Assembly (NCBI GenBank): GCA_965215605.1
Contig: OZ244070.1
Coordinates: 1,632,001-1,696,000 of the forward strand
DNA from: an uncultured Candidatus Binatia bacterium
Lineage (GTDB): Bacteria > Desulfobacterota > Binatia > UBA9968 > JAJDTQ01
Direction: 5' to 3'
Length of the DNA: 64,000 bases
The stretch's first letter is position 1. The number at the start of each line of letters is the position of its first letter. The notes beneath the pieces were generated by a model. That model saw nothing but the letters and a program-made list of their open reading frames with translations. It had not been told where the DNA came from and did not search any database. Below, piece after piece: positions 1-15,614 of this stretch. The position numbers were made by a program, and so were the translations under genes.

Positions 1-912
1 GAGCTGGTAGCGGGCGGTGCGCTCTCCACTCGACAGCACCCGGCCGCGGGTTTCCAGGACGAATCCTGGATCCCGGCTGGCGCTCGGCGTCACGGCCGCG
101 TCCGCCTCGATCCCTTCCACGGGGATGAGCGCGGAAAAGAAATAGGTGTAGCCGAAGCCGACCCATGAAAGCGGGCCGTTGAGGTTGACCCGGCCTTCGA
201 TGTCGCCCGGCCATTCGCGCGTCACGTCACCCTCGCGCAGCGCGATCACCCCCTCGAAAATGCCATCGCCCTTGACGCCCTTGTTCTCGCCGCTGGTAGT
301 GAAGAGCAGCGTTGCGCCCTGCGGCGACCCGGCGATCGATACGCCCGCGTCCACCATGTAGCTGGAGCCGCTGAAGGCGAATCGCTTGACCACGCGACGG
401 CCCGACGGCGTCGAACCGACGAAGGCGAGGCTGCCGTTCCTGCCCTCATCGAGGGTCAGGTCCGTGCCCTGAACTTCGTAGACGATTCCCTGGTCGGTGC
501 CGGCGGGCGTGTCATCGAGGCGGAGCCCGAGAGGATATTCCAGCCCCGGTCGGTGGGAGACCATATCGATCAACGGGCTGTCCGCCGCCACTCCGGCGCG
601 GTACCGCTTCAGCAGAAAGCTCTTGAGCCGGGCTCCCTGGTTGGTGAACCGCGCGATGTAGTCGGGCGTCTCTACCGTCACTTCCCGGACCGGGACCGCC
701 CGGACGCTTCCGGCAACCTCGGCGGCGGGTGCGGCGGAGGGCGCCGGAGCCTGTACCGGGGCCGGAGCGGCACGTTGCGCCGCCGGCGGCAGCGCGGTTT
801 CCCGCGCAGGCGGCTGGGGCGGCGCCGGCGGATAGAAACGCCGCATGTACTCCTGGTAAAGGATGATGATCAGGATCGAGACGACGACCGCTATGAAGGC
901 TCGCTTTTCCAT
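1..912 (-). CDS. yidC: Membrane protein insertase YidC (N-terminal part, runs off window)
   Basis: ATG at 912 opens MEKRAFIAVVVSILIIILYQEY..., a TM anchor followed by a Pro/Ala linker and FTNQGARLKSFLLK; position after rpmH-rnpA-yidD. Not in the ORF track because it has no stop inside the window. Confidence 0.9.
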   Translation of the reverse strand, partial: MEKRAFIAVVVSILIIILYQEYMRRFYPPAPPQPPARETALPPAAQRAAPAPVQAPAPSAAPAAEVAGSVRAVPVREVTVETPDYIARFTNQGARLKSFLLKRYRAGVAADSPLIDMVSHRPGLEYPLGLRLDDTPAGTDQGIVYEVQGTDLTLDEGRNGSLAFVGSTPSGRRVVKRFAFSGSSYMVDAGVSIAGSPQGATLLFTTSGENKGVKGDGIFEGVIALREGDVTREWPGDIEGRVNLNGPLSWVGFGYTYFFSALIPVEGIEADAAVTPSASRDPGFVLETRGRVLSSGERTARYQL

Positions 913-919
913 GGAACTT

Positions 920-1141
920 TCACGGAACCGGGTCAAATCCCCCGGCGTGGAGCGGATGACAGCGCAGAATCCTCAGGACACCGAGGCCAAGCCCCTTGAC
1001 GACGCCGTGACGGTCCACCGCCTGTAGCGCGTAGGCGGAGCAGGTCGGAAAGAACCGGCAGGAAGGCGGCAACAGCGGCGAAAGAAATCGCTGGTAGGCC
1101 CGGATGCAGACTCGCACGGCGGTGCGGGGAATCGAAGTCAT
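920..1141 (-). CDS. yidD: Membrane protein insertion efficiency factor YidD
   Basis: [22 protein letters not shown]...RILRCHP...GGFDPVP signature; synteny. Confidence 0.95.
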   Translation of the reverse strand: MTSIPRTAVRVCIRAYQRFLSPLLPPSCRFFPTCSAYALQAVDRHGVVKGLGLGVLRILRCHPLHAGGFDPVP

Positions 1142-1145
1142 GAGA

Positions 1146-1514
1146 TCACAGCGGCTGCGAACCCGCCTGGCGCTGGACGCCGACGAGTTTCCGGAGCTCC
1201 GCGGTCATGGCCGGGTAGCTCAACTGTCCCGCTCCTCTGCGGGCAATGATGACCGTATCCTGGCCGGGACGAAAGTGTTCCCGTCCACGACGGAAGAACT
1301 CGCGCAGCCCCCGCTTCACGCGGTTGCGCACCACCGCGTTTCCCACCTTGGAGCTGACCGTGACTCCCAGCCGTTTCCCCGGATGGTCGTTGTCGCTTCG
1401 GATGATGATGAAGTGCGGCGTGTAGAACTTCCTGCCTCTGCGCGACAGCAGCAGGAATTCGGAACGTCTGGTCAGGCGGGCTTCCTTTGGGAAACTCTCG
1501 CGGACACCGGACAA
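1146..1514 (-). CDS. rnpA: Ribonuclease P protein component
   Basis: [21 protein letters not shown] (RNR motif); synteny. Confidence 0.95.
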   Translation of the reverse strand: MSGVRESFPKEARLTRRSEFLLLSRRGRKFYTPHFIIIRSDNDHPGKRLGVTVSSKVGNAVVRNRVKRGLREFFRRGREHFRPGQDTVIIARRGAGQLSYPAMTAELRKLVGVQRQAGSQPL

Positions 1515-1523
1515 CGGCTTGTC

Positions 1524-1685
1524 CTAGGAACGAGGACCCTTCGGTGGGATGACGACGGTCAACCGTTTTCTTCCCTTGGCCCTCCGGCGCCTCAGCACAT
1601 TGCGCCCGCCCGGTGTCTCCATTCGTGCAAAAAAGCCGTGGGTTCTTTTGCGCTTCAGATTGCTTGGTTGATAAGTCCGTTTCAT
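1524..1685 (-). CDS. rpmH: 50S ribosomal protein L34
   Basis: [22 protein letters not shown]; start moved to ATG at 1685. Confidence 0.97.
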   Translation of the reverse strand: MKRTYQPSNLKRKRTHGFFARMETPGGRNVLRRRRAKGRKRLTVVIPPKGPRS

Positions 1686-1807
1686 CGTCGCACCTTCATT
1701 TTCAGTTACATAACTCAAGCATACGGGTGAGCGCTTGTCAATTTGACATAGATCGGCCGGCAACTGCAAAGAAGGGCTTCAGGGTGAGTGCATCAAGGTT
1801 CTTGCGC

Positions 1808-2803
1808 TCAGTCCGCCTCGGCTCGCTGGGTCCTTCTCATGAGGTCGCGGACGGCCTGTATGGGGTCCTTGTCCTCGTAGAGGACACGGTACATCTGATC
1901 CACGATGGGCATCTCGACGCCGTGGCGTTGGGCCAGCAGGTGGACGGTGCGGGTGTTGCGGATGCCCTCGGCCACCATACGGCTTTCCGAGACGATGTCG
2001 GCCAAGCGGCGTCCCCGGCCAAGCTCGACGCCGACCTTGCGGTTGCGGCTCAGGTGGCCGGTACAGGTGAGCGCCAGGTCGCCGAGACCCGGGAGGCCGG
2101 CGAGTGTGACCGGGTCGGCGCCCGTCTTGGCGGCCAGGCGGGTCATTTCGGCCAGGCCTCGGGTGATAAGCGCGGCCCGGGCGTTGTGCCCGAGATCCAG
2201 GCCGTCGCTGACGCCGGCGGCGATGGCGATGACGTTCTTGATGACGCCACCCATCTGGACGCCGACGACATCGGTCGAGGTGTAGACCCGGAATTCGGGG
2301 GAGCCGAGGGTTGATTGTACCGTCCGCGCCACGCCGGGGTTGGAGCCGGCCGCGGTTATGGCAGTCGGCAATCCCTTGGCCACCTCCAACGCGAAAGTGG
2401 GTCCGGAAAGGAACACGTGCCGTTCGGAGTGGCCCAGCACCTCGGCCAACACATCGCCCATGGTCATCAGCGTCGACTCCTCGATTCCCTTGGAGCCGCA
2501 GGCGACGATGGTTTCGGGCGCCACGAACGGCGTCGCCTGGCCCATGACTTCGCGCAGGAAATGGGACGGGGTGACGCAGATGAGCAGGGTCCGGCCGGAT
2601 GCGGCGGATTCCAGCGAACGGGTGGTTCGGAGGCGGTCAGGCAGCCTCACGCCGGGCAGATAGGCGGTGTTTTCGCCGGTCTCTTGTATCCGCGCGAAGG
2701 TCTCCTCGGAGTGGCACCACAAGGCGACATCGTCGTGTTTCCTGCACAGCAGCACCGCAAGGGCCGTGCCCCAGCCGCCCGCGCCTATGATGCCGATGGA
2801 CAT
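1808..2803 (-). CDS. gpsA: NAD(P)H-dependent glycerol-3-phosphate dehydrogenase
   Basis: GAGGWGTALA, KNVIAIAAG, GLGDLALTC...SRN motifs. Confidence 0.95.
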   Translation of the reverse strand: MSIGIIGAGGWGTALAVLLCRKHDDVALWCHSEETFARIQETGENTAYLPGVRLPDRLRTTRSLESAASGRTLLICVTPSHFLREVMGQATPFVAPETIVACGSKGIEESTLMTMGDVLAEVLGHSERHVFLSGPTFALEVAKGLPTAITAAGSNPGVARTVQSTLGSPEFRVYTSTDVVGVQMGGVIKNVIAIAAGVSDGLDLGHNARAALITRGLAEMTRLAAKTGADPVTLAGLPGLGDLALTCTGHLSRNRKVGVELGRGRRLADIVSESRMVAEGIRNTRTVHLLAQRHGVEMPIVDQMYRVLYEDKDPIQAVRDLMRRTQRAEAD

Positions 2804-2843
2804 TCAGGAGCACCCGAAAGGATAGGAACTGACACCACACAAA

Positions 2844-2871
2844 CGTCATCCCCGCGAAAGCGGGAATGACG
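2844..2871. repeat. REP-like palindrome family A (GTCATTCCCGCGAAAGCGGGAAT), copy 1
   Basis: cgtcatccccgcgaaagcgggaatgacg between gyrA and gpsA; similar copies elsewhere in the window. Confidence 0.8.
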
Positions 2872-2926
2872 GATTCGGGGCTTTGCTACCATTTCGCACC
2901 GTGACGCGGGAATCGGAGGCGATGGT

Positions 2927-5362
2927 TTAGCTGTCGTCTTCCACCACCCGGGTGAGGGACACCACGCGTTCGCCGTTGTCGAGATCGATGAGATGCACGC
3001 CCTGGGTGTTTCGGCCTATAATGCGCAGGTCGCCGATGCGGAGCCGGATGATCTTGCCGCCGTCGGTGATGAGCATCAACTGGTCCTCGTCCACCACCTG
3101 CTGGACGCCCACCACGCGTCCGGTCCGCTCGGTGGTCTTCATGGTGATGAGACCCCGGCCTCCACGGCCTTGGGACCGGTACTCGCCGGTGCCGGTGCGC
3201 TTGCCCATGCCCTTGTCGGAGACCGTGAGGATGGACGCGCCGGGGTGCAGCACCTCCATGCTCACCACCTGGTCCTTCTCCTCGAGCCGGATGCCGATGA
3301 CCCCCATGGTATCGCGCCCGGTGGGGCGGACCTGCTCCTCCTTGAAGCGGATGGACTGCCCATCCATGGTGGACAGCAGGATGTCCTGGTCGCCGTCGGT
3401 GAGCCGGACCTCGATCAACGAGTCGTTCTCGTCCAGCGCGATGGCGCGGATGCCGGTGGCCCGGGGACTCGAATAGGCCATCAGGTCGGTCTTTTTGACC
3501 AGCCCGTTCTGGGTCGCGAAAATGATGTAGCGGCCCTCCTGAAATTCCCGCACCGGCAGAAACGCCGACACCTTCTCGCCTTCCTGAAGCTGCAGCAGGT
3601 TCACCACCGGCCGGCCCTTGGCGGAGCGGCCACCCTGGGGCAACTCATGCACCTTGATGCGGTAGACCTTGCCGATGGTGGTGAAGAACAGGATGTGGGA
3701 GTGGGTGGATGCCACGAACAGGGTCTCGACGAAGTCCTCGTCCCGGGTCGTGGTGCCCACCTTGCCTTTGCCGCCTCGGCGTTGCGCGCGGTACAGCGTG
3801 ATAGGGTTGCGCTTGATGTACCCCTCGTGGGACACGGTCACCACCATGTCCTCCTCCACGATGAGGTCCTCGATGGATATCTCCTCGGCCTTGTCGACGA
3901 TGGCAGTGCGGCGGCCGTCGCCGTAGACTTCCTTGATCTCCCGGAGCTCCGCGACGATGATCGCGTAAATCTTCTTCTCGTCCGCCAGAATCGCCCGAAG
4001 CTCCGCGATGTTGGCAGCCACCGCCCGGTGCTCCTCGACGATCTTGTCGCGCTCGAGCCCGGTGAGCCGCTGCAAGCGCATGTCCAGGATGGCCTGGGCC
4101 TGCGCCTCGGACAGGCCGAAGCTGGTCATGAGGCCTTCCCGCGCGGAGCGGGGGTCCCGCGACTCCCGGATCAGGGTGATGACGGCGTCGAGATTGTCCA
4201 GGGCGATCTTGAGCCCTTCGAGGATATGCAGCCGTTCCTCGGCCTTCCTCAGGTCGTAGGCGGTGCGCCGGGTGACGGTTTCCCGGCGGTGCTCGAGGAA
4301 CGCCTCCAGGATCTCCTTCAGGTTCAGCAGCTTCGGGCGGCCGTCGATGATGGCGAGCATGTTGACGCCGAAGGATTCCTGAAGGCTCGTGTGCTTGTAC
4401 AGGGCGTTGATGATGATCTGCGGCATCGCGTCGCGCTTGGGCTCGATGACGATGCGCATGCCGTCGCGGTCGGATTCGTCCCGCAGGTCGGAGATGCCCT
4501 CGATCTTCTTCTCGTTGACCAGGTTGGCGATCTGTTCCAGGAGCCGGGTCTTGTTCACCATGTACGGGATTTCGGAGACGATGATCTGCTCCTTGCCCGT
4601 ACGCTTGACGGTCTCGGTGGACACCCGCGCGCGCATCTGCACGCTGCCGCGTCCGGTCTTGTACCCCTGCTTGATGCCTTCGCGCCCGTGAATGAACCCC
4701 CCGGTGGGGAAGTCGGGGCCGGGGATGTACTCGATCAGCTCGTCGATGGTCAGCTCGGGCCGCTCCACCAGCGCGATGAGGCCGTCGATCACCTCGCTCA
4801 GGTTGTGCGGCGGAATGTTGGTGGCCATGCCCACGGCGATACCCGAGGCGCCGTTGATGAGCAGGTTGGGCAGCCGCGACGGCAGCACCGACGGCTCCTC
4901 CATGGAGTCGTCGTAGTTGGGCAGGAAGTCGACGGTCTCCTTGTCGATGTCGGCGAGCAACTCCTGGGTGATGCGCGCCATGCGGATTTCCGTGTAGCGC
5001 ATGGCGGCCGGCGGATCGCCGTCGATGGAGCCGAAGTTTCCCTGCCCGTCCACCAGGCAGTAGCGCATGGAAAAGTCCTGCGCGAGGCGGACGATGGCGT
5101 CGTAGGCCGCGGCGTCGCCGTGGGGGTGGTATTTGCCGATGACGTCACCCACGACCCGGGCGGACTTACGGTAGGCGTTGTTCCAGTGGTTGCCCATGTC
5201 GTGCATGGCGAACAGCACGCGCCGATGCACCGGCTTCAAACCATCCCGCACGTCCGGCAGCGCCCGCCCCACGATGACGCTCATGGCGTAGTCCACGTAG
5301 GACTGACGCATCTCGTCCTCGATGTAGACGGGGACCTTTTGTTGTCTCATTCCGGCTTCCAT
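2927..5362 (-). CDS. gyrA: DNA gyrase subunit A
   Basis: [15 protein letters not shown], GyrA box QRRGGKG, C-terminal beta-pinwheel repeats. Confidence 0.98.
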   Translation of the reverse strand: MEAGMRQQKVPVYIEDEMRQSYVDYAMSVIVGRALPDVRDGLKPVHRRVLFAMHDMGNHWNNAYRKSARVVGDVIGKYHPHGDAAAYDAIVRLAQDFSMRYCLVDGQGNFGSIDGDPPAAMRYTEIRMARITQELLADIDKETVDFLPNYDDSMEEPSVLPSRLPNLLINGASGIAVGMATNIPPHNLSEVIDGLIALVERPELTIDELIEYIPGPDFPTGGFIHGREGIKQGYKTGRGSVQMRARVSTETVKRTGKEQIIVSEIPYMVNKTRLLEQIANLVNEKKIEGISDLRDESDRDGMRIVIEPKRDAMPQIIINALYKHTSLQESFGVNMLAIIDGRPKLLNLKEILEAFLEHRRETVTRRTAYDLRKAEERLHILEGLKIALDNLDAVITLIRESRDPRSAREGLMTSFGLSEAQAQAILDMRLQRLTGLERDKIVEEHRAVAANIAELRAILADEKKIYAIIVAELREIKEVYGDGRRTAIVDKAEEISIEDLIVEEDMVVTVSHEGYIKRNPITLYRAQRRGGKGKVGTTTRDEDFVETLFVASTHSHILFFTTIGKVYRIKVHELPQGGRSAKGRPVVNLLQLQEGEKVSAFLPVREFQEGRYIIFATQNGLVKKTDLMAYSSPRATGIRAIALDENDSLIEVRLTDGDQDILLSTMDGQSIRFKEEQVRPTGRDTMGVIGIRLEEKDQVVSMEVLHPGASILTVSDKGMGKRTGTGEYRSQGRGGRGLITMKTTERTGRVVGVQQVVDEDQLMLITDGGKIIRLRIGDLRIIGRNTQGVHLIDLDNGERVVSLTRVVEDDS

Positions 5363-5463
5363 GACACGGGGCTCAACTGGAGAAATGCGTCCGGCGCGCT
5401 GCCGGCGAGGAGGAAGGCGGTCGCGCCGGCGCTTGTCGTTTCATGCTTGACACGGATACGGGT

Positions 5464-7947
<2,484 letters not shown>

Positions 7948-8067
7948 TCAATCTTTGCGGGTTGGTGAAAGCAACAGGAAGAACTTCGGTCAACTATAAC
8001 ATCTGCCGTGGATGAATGCCAGCAGGCCGCCGGATCGCCCAGGTCCATTCAAGGCGCGGTGCTCCGT

Positions 8068-8101
8068 TTCCGTCATCCCCGTGAAAGCGGGAACGACGGA
8101 A
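8068..8101. repeat. REP-like palindrome family A, copy 2
   Basis: ttccgtcatccccgtgaaagcgggaacgacggaa between the MFS gene and gyrB. Confidence 0.75.
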
Positions 8102-8182
8102 GAGGGAGGGGTGCAGGAATGCCTCAAGACACTCGCCCGGTTCGGCTACCGCATGACCTCACCGGCCGGTCCGTAAGTGCCT

Positions 8183-9379
8183 TCATGGCCGGCCGCTTTG
8201 GCCGGCCTCGGATACGAACACGGCGATGTTCACCGTCCCCAGGGCCAGCACGCATGCCAGCGCCTGCCATGCGATGGCGTAGGAGCCGGTGACGTCGACG
8301 ATGCCGCCGAACGTGGGAGTGCCCACCACGGTGCCCAGCGCATTGATGGTGATCATCAGGCCCAGGGCCATGCCGGCCCGGGACTGTCCCGCGATCTCGC
8401 TGATCAGCGAATAGGACACACCCTGATAACCGATCATGGTGAACCCGGCGAGGAATGTCAGCGGCACCAGGATGACCGGCGAGACGCCCTTGTCGAGAAC
8501 GCTCAACGCGACCGCCAGGAACACCGAGATGACGCCGATGACCACCAGCACGATCTTGCGTCTGCCGCCGAAGAGGCGGTCGCTGACCGTGCCCCAGCCG
8601 ACACGGCCCACCACCGCCCCGCCTTGGGTGATAGACAGCCACTGGCTGGCGTGTACCGTGGAGAACGCCAGCTTCTCCTTGAGGAACAACGGCAAATAGG
8701 TCAGCAGCGACATCTGCCCGATCAGCAAAAGGGCAGTGCCGCAACTCAGGGCCAGCAGGCTCCTGACCCGCAATCTCCCGCTGCCGGCGGCTCCGGAACG
8801 TTCCCGGCCGTTCCCTTCGGCTTCGGGGGGCTCGCGCCAGAGGAACCAGAAGGCCACGCCGAACAGCACGTTGACCACTCCCAGGCCCGCCAGCGTCGCG
8901 CGCCAGCCGAAGACCGCCGCCACGGGAGCGCCCACCAGCGCGGTCACCACGCCGCCGGCCGGCACCCCGGTCTGCTTGATTCCCATGGCGGTGGCGCGAT
9001 GGCGCCGGAACCACATCAGCACCCCTTTGGTGGAGGCGGGGTTGAGGAAGGCGTAGCCCAGGCCGGTGAGAAGAAAGCAGATGAAGGCCCGGACGAAGGA
9101 GCCCGCGGAAGAAGCGAGAATGACCGCGGCTCCGGCGAACACGTGGCCGATGCATGATGCCCTTCGCACGCCCAACCGGTCGCTCAACCATCCCGCGACG
9201 AACGAGAAACTCGCCATGCCGATGTAGAAGGCCGTGAAGAACAGCCCTACCTGGGCGCGGGTAAGACCCAACTCCTCCTGGTAGAACGGCGCGAAGGTAT
9301 TGATGCCGTACTGCGCCGACGCCCCGATGACGTGGGTGACGGTGACCAGGGCGAGGATGAACAGGGGGAAAGAGGCCAT
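8183..9379 (-). CDS. MFS transporter
   Basis: About 12 hydrophobic segments; motif A GWLSDRLGVRR and GTVSDRLFGGRR. Confidence 0.9.
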   Translation of the reverse strand: MASFPLFILALVTVTHVIGASAQYGINTFAPFYQEELGLTRAQVGLFFTAFYIGMASFSFVAGWLSDRLGVRRASCIGHVFAGAAVILASSAGSFVRAFICFLLTGLGYAFLNPASTKGVLMWFRRHRATAMGIKQTGVPAGGVVTALVGAPVAAVFGWRATLAGLGVVNVLFGVAFWFLWREPPEAEGNGRERSGAAGSGRLRVRSLLALSCGTALLLIGQMSLLTYLPLFLKEKLAFSTVHASQWLSITQGGAVVGRVGWGTVSDRLFGGRRKIVLVVIGVISVFLAVALSVLDKGVSPVILVPLTFLAGFTMIGYQGVSYSLISEIAGQSRAGMALGLMITINALGTVVGTPTFGGIVDVTGSYAIAWQALACVLALGTVNIAVFVSEAGQSGRP

Positions 9380-9424
9380 GACGTTCCGGGCCGATGGTCC
9401 ACCGCCTCTCGGCGGGCGGGCCGC

Positions 9425-9877
9425 CTACTTGTCCGCCGCTCCGGTCTCCGCCGCGGCCCGCAGCGCCAGCAGATAGCTCTGGGCGCCGAAGCCCGCTATC
9501 TGCCCCATCGCCACGCCGGAGATCAGGGACGTGTGCCGGAACGTTTCGCGCTTGTAGATGTTGGAGAGGTGGACCTCGATGACCGGAAGCTCGCACGCGG
9601 CCAGGGCATCGCGCAGCGCGATGCTGGTGTGGGTGTACGCGCCCGCGTTGACTATCACGGCGCGGAACCCCTCCGTGCCGGCCTGCTGGACCCAGGTGAC
9701 CAACTCACCCTCGTGATTGGACTGGCGCGCCTCCACCGCGACGCCCAACTCCCCGGCCAGCGCGGCCAGGCGGGCGTCGATGTCCGCCAGGGTGTCGTGG
9801 CCGTAGATCTCGGGCTCCCGGGAGCCGAGCAGGTTCAGGTTGGGTCCGTGGAGGACCAGGATCTTCGTGTCGGGCAT
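9425..9877 (-). CDS. aroQ: Type II 3-dehydroquinate dehydratase
   Basis: [40 protein letters not shown]; start moved to ATG at 9877. Confidence 0.95.
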   Translation of the reverse strand: MPDTKILVLHGPNLNLLGSREPEIYGHDTLADIDARLAALAGELGVAVEARQSNHEGELVTWVQQAGTEGFRAVIVNAGAYTHTSIALRDALAACELPVIEVHLSNIYKRETFRHTSLISGVAMGQIAGFGAQSYLLALRAAAETGAADK

Positions 9878-9899
9878 GGTGGTGGGCTCCCGTGCGATG

Positions 9900-10982
9900 T
9901 CAGCGGCCGGAAGCCAGCTCCCGGACGATCTCGGCTGCCGAGAACCATTGGAAGCGGGTCCCGCCGATGCCTTCGCACAGCACGAACTTGATCTTGCCGG
10001 CATGCGACTTCTTGTCCAGCGCCATGCCGGCGACAAGGTCCTCCAGGGCGATGTCGTCCGGGATCCGCCACGGCAGGCCGGCCCTGCGCACCAGCGCCTC
10101 GATGCGTCCCAGCTCGGCGGCGCTCAGCAGGCCCCGGCCCGCCGACAGGGCCGACGCCTGGATCATGCCGATGGCCACGGCCTCGCCGTGGAGGAAGCGC
10201 TCGTAGCCGGTGAACGCCTCCAGCGCGTGGCCGATGGTGTGACCGAAGTTGAGGATGGCGCGGCGGTCGTCCTCCCGCTCATCCTCCTCCACCACCGCCG
10301 CCTTGATCCGGCAGGAGCCGGCCACGGCGGTCTCGACGGCCGCCGGATCCAGGCGCATCAGCGCATCCATCTCATCTTCCAGGAACCCGAAGTAGCCGGC
10401 GTCCTGGATGACGCCGTGCTTGATCACCTCCGCCATTCCCGCCGCGAACTCTCGCGGCGGCAGGGTCCGCAACGTCTTCATGTCGATGACCACCAGCCGC
10501 GGCTGGTGGAAGGCGCCGATGAGGTTCTTGCCCTGCTCGTGGTTGACCGCGGTCTTCCCGCCCACGCTGGCGTCCACCTGCGCCAGCAGGGTCGTGGGGA
10601 TCTGGACGTAGCCGATGCCGCGCAGGAACGTGGCCGCGGCGAAGCCGGTGATGTCTCCGATGACCCCTCCGCCCAAGGCGATCAGCGTGGCGCTCCGGTC
10701 GAAGCGGTGTTCCACCAGCGCGTCGTAGATCAACCCCAGGGACGCCGTATCCTTGTGCCCCTCGCCCTCCGGAATCAGCACCAGCGCGGTCTCGTAGCCC
10801 GCGCCCTGGAGGGACTCCCGGACCTCCTGCGCGTAAAGGCCGGCCACCGGCGGATTCGACACGATGCCGACGCGGCCGGCGATTCCCTGGGCCTTCATGA
10901 GCTCGCCGACGCGGGGAAGGAGCCCCTCGCCCAACTCGATGGGATAGGAGCGCTGTCCCAGATTGACGGTTACGGTCTGCAT
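9900..10982 (-). CDS. aroB: 3-dehydroquinate synthase
   Basis: [35 protein letters not shown]. Confidence 0.97.
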   Translation of the reverse strand: MQTVTVNLGQRSYPIELGEGLLPRVGELMKAQGIAGRVGIVSNPPVAGLYAQEVRESLQGAGYETALVLIPEGEGHKDTASLGLIYDALVEHRFDRSATLIALGGGVIGDITGFAAATFLRGIGYVQIPTTLLAQVDASVGGKTAVNHEQGKNLIGAFHQPRLVVIDMKTLRTLPPREFAAGMAEVIKHGVIQDAGYFGFLEDEMDALMRLDPAAVETAVAGSCRIKAAVVEEDEREDDRRAILNFGHTIGHALEAFTGYERFLHGEAVAIGMIQASALSAGRGLLSAAELGRIEALVRRAGLPWRIPDDIALEDLVAGMALDKKSHAGKIKFVLCEGIGGTRFQWFSAAEIVRELASGR

Positions 10983-11485
10983 AGCTGCTGCTGGATTTGC
11001 TGCACCACCCTGTCCACGGTGAGGTCGTCGGCATCCACGGTGACGTGGGCCTCGGAATAGATGCCTTCCCGCTGCGCCGAAAGCTCCTCGATGCGTTTGA
11101 GCCTGTCGGAGCCCTGCAGCAGCGGGCGGTCGTCGGTCTGTCCCACCCGGCGCAGAACGGTCTCGGGCGACACCCTGAGCCAGATCAGCAGGCTGCGCTC
11201 CTTGAGCAGCCGCAGGTTGTCCCGGTCCACTGCCGCGCCGCCTCCCAGCGCGATGACCTGATCGGACCCTTCCAGCACCTGTCGCAGCGCCGCCTTCTCG
11301 CGCTCCCGGAAATAACCCTCTCCGCGGCCGGCGAAAATCTCACGAATGCGGATGCCTTCTCCGGCCTCGATGACGGCGTCCAGATCCACGAACGACCAGC
11401 CCAGCGCCCGCGCCAGCCCGCGGCCCACCACGGTCTTGCCGGCGGCCATGAAACCGGTCAGAGCGATGTTCGCGTAATCGGTAAT
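10970..11485 (-). CDS. aroK: Shikimate kinase; start probably a non-canonical ATT at 11485
   Basis: NIALTGFMAAGKT P-loop, FVDLD, GEGYFRERE, RPLL. The conserved strand before the P-loop lies upstream of the first ATG (11449). Confidence 0.9.
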   Translation of the reverse strand: MTDYANIALTGFMAAGKTVVGRGLARALGWSFVDLDAVIEAGEGIRIREIFAGRGEGYFREREKAALRQVLEGSDQVIALGGGAAVDRDNLRLLKERSLLIWLRVSPETVLRRVGQTDDRPLLQGSDRLKRIEELSAQREGIYSEAHVTVDADDLTVDRVVQQIQQQLCRP

Positions 11486-11494
11486 GACCCGGCC

Positions 11495-12691
11495 TCAGAG
11501 GCTCTTGATCTGGTCCAGGTAGCCGTCGTAGTTGCGAGTGATTTCTGCCAGCGAATCGCCGCCGAACTTCTCCAGGAACGCCCGCGCCAACTCGAAGGAG
11601 ACGATGGCCTCGCCGATAACGGCCGCCGCCGGCGCGGAGCAGACGTCCGAACGCTCCACCGAGGCGTCCTCGGGCTGCTTGGTGTCGAGATTCACCGACT
11701 GGAGCGGGCTCATGAGGGTGGAAATGGGCTTCATCGCCACCCGGACGACCAGCGGAGCGCCGGTGGTCATGCCGCCTTCCACCCCGCCCGAGTTGTTGCT
11801 GCCGCGATAGAAATCGGTGGGCTGCATGCGCGGCCTGGTATCGGAGACCATGTGCTGCGGGTCGAAGAAGATCTCGTCGTGCACCTCGGACCCGCGCCGC
11901 ATGGCCACGTCGAAACCGCGCCCGAACTCCACCCCCTTCATGGCCTGGATGCTCATGAGGCTCTGGGCCAGCCGCCCGTCGAGCTTGCGGTCCCAATGGA
12001 CGTGGCTTCCCAGGCCCGGCGGAACCCCGGTGGCCACCACTTCGAAGACGCCGCCCAGGGTGTTCCCTTCCTTCTTGCACGCGTCGATGAGCTCGATGGC
12101 CTTCTTCTCGGCCTCCGGATCCGCCATGCGCACGGGGGAGTTCTCCGCCAACTCGAAGATCTCGTCGTAGCTCTTCCCCTCCACGTCCGCCTCGATGCCG
12201 CCGAGAGAGCGAAGGTAGCCCCGCACCTTGACCGAGAACGGCTCGACGAGCTGCCTGCAGAAGGAGCCCACCGCCACCCGGGACACGGTCTCGCGGGCGC
12301 TGGCGCGCTCCAGGATGTTACGGATGTCCGAGTGGCCGTACTTCAAGATGCCGGTGAGGTCCGCGTGGCCCGGACGGGGCTTCTTGACCGGAATGGCCTG
12401 GCCGTCGTGCTCCGCGTACGGCGACATCTTCTTGGTCCAGTTCTTCCAGTCGCGGTTGTCGATGCCGAAGGTCACCGGCGAGCCCAGGGTCCTGCCCCAC
12501 CGGAGCCCGGACCGTACCTGCACCTCATCCTTCTCGATGAGCATCCGGCCGCCACGGCCGTAACCCTGCTGCCGCCGCCAGAGATCGTGGTTGACCTTTT
12601 CGATGTCGATGTCGAACCCCGCGGGCACGCCCTCGATGATGGTCGTGAGGCACGGGCCGTGGGATTCTCCTGCGGTGAAATAGCGCAACAT
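11495..12691 (-). CDS. aroC: Chorismate synthase
   Basis: MLRYFTAGESHG, RRQQGYGRGGRM, PRPGHADL, ERASARET, MKPISTL, ERSDVC; start moved to ATG at 12691. Confidence 0.97.
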   Translation of the reverse strand: MLRYFTAGESHGPCLTTIIEGVPAGFDIDIEKVNHDLWRRQQGYGRGGRMLIEKDEVQVRSGLRWGRTLGSPVTFGIDNRDWKNWTKKMSPYAEHDGQAIPVKKPRPGHADLTGILKYGHSDIRNILERASARETVSRVAVGSFCRQLVEPFSVKVRGYLRSLGGIEADVEGKSYDEIFELAENSPVRMADPEAEKKAIELIDACKKEGNTLGGVFEVVATGVPPGLGSHVHWDRKLDGRLAQSLMSIQAMKGVEFGRGFDVAMRRGSEVHDEIFFDPQHMVSDTRPRMQPTDFYRGSNNSGGVEGGMTTGAPLVVRVAMKPISTLMSPLQSVNLDTKQPEDASVERSDVCSAPAAAVIGEAIVSFELARAFLEKFGGDSLAEITRNYDGYLDQIKSL

Positions 12692-12871
12692 GTTCCACAT
12701 CTTAGCCGAAATCCACGCCCCCGGCCAGCGTACCGGGTTCGGGCCGGATCGGATCCGTGTACTTGCGGTGTGAAGCGAGCAGGTCAGGACTTGACGCCGC
12801 ACGGGCGTGAAGGCGGCGCGCCCAGCTTCGAACGGCCGCCTGATTGTTCGATTTGACGACGAGCGCGGCGG

Positions 12872-13282
12872 TCAGCGCTGACCGGCCGTTTCGAGCCTGA
12901 GGAGTGCGCGCTCAAGGGCGGCTTCCGCCGCCGCCAGCGCCTCTTCGTCCGCGTTGTCGCGGTCTTCGAGGGTGCGTTCGGCTCTTGCCCGGGCGGTCTC
13001 GGCCCGGGCGGCATCGATCTCGGCGGGAAACTCGGCGGCGTTGGCCAGTACGGTGACCACGTTGTCGAGCACCTCGGCGTAGCCGCCGGTCAGCGTGATG
13101 ACGGAGTTGGAGCCGGACTTCTTGTAGCCGAGTTGGCCGATGTCCAGGGTGGTCATCAGCGCGGCGTGGTCGGGCAGGATACCGAGCTGGCCCAGGGGAC
13201 CGGGCGCGGTCAACTCGTCCACCTGCTCTTCGAGCACCAGACGCACCGGAGTGACGACTCTCAGTGAAATGCTGCCGGCCAT
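12872..13282 (-). CDS. atpC: ATP synthase F1 epsilon subunit
   Basis: LRVVTP...GQLGILPDHA...GGYAEV; follows atpD. Confidence 0.95.
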   Translation of the reverse strand: MAGSISLRVVTPVRLVLEEQVDELTAPGPLGQLGILPDHAALMTTLDIGQLGYKKSGSNSVITLTGGYAEVLDNVVTVLANAAEFPAEIDAARAETARARAERTLEDRDNADEEALAAAEAALERALLRLETAGQR

Positions 13283-13285
13283 GAC

Positions 13286-15614
<2,329 letters not shown>

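Noticed and set aside
12692-12802. N-terminal extensions in the ORF track for aroC (also aroQ, rpmH, plsY, coxS-like, second Mo subunit)
   Set aside because: Family similarity begins at downstream ATGs; the extensions are longest-ORF artefacts.
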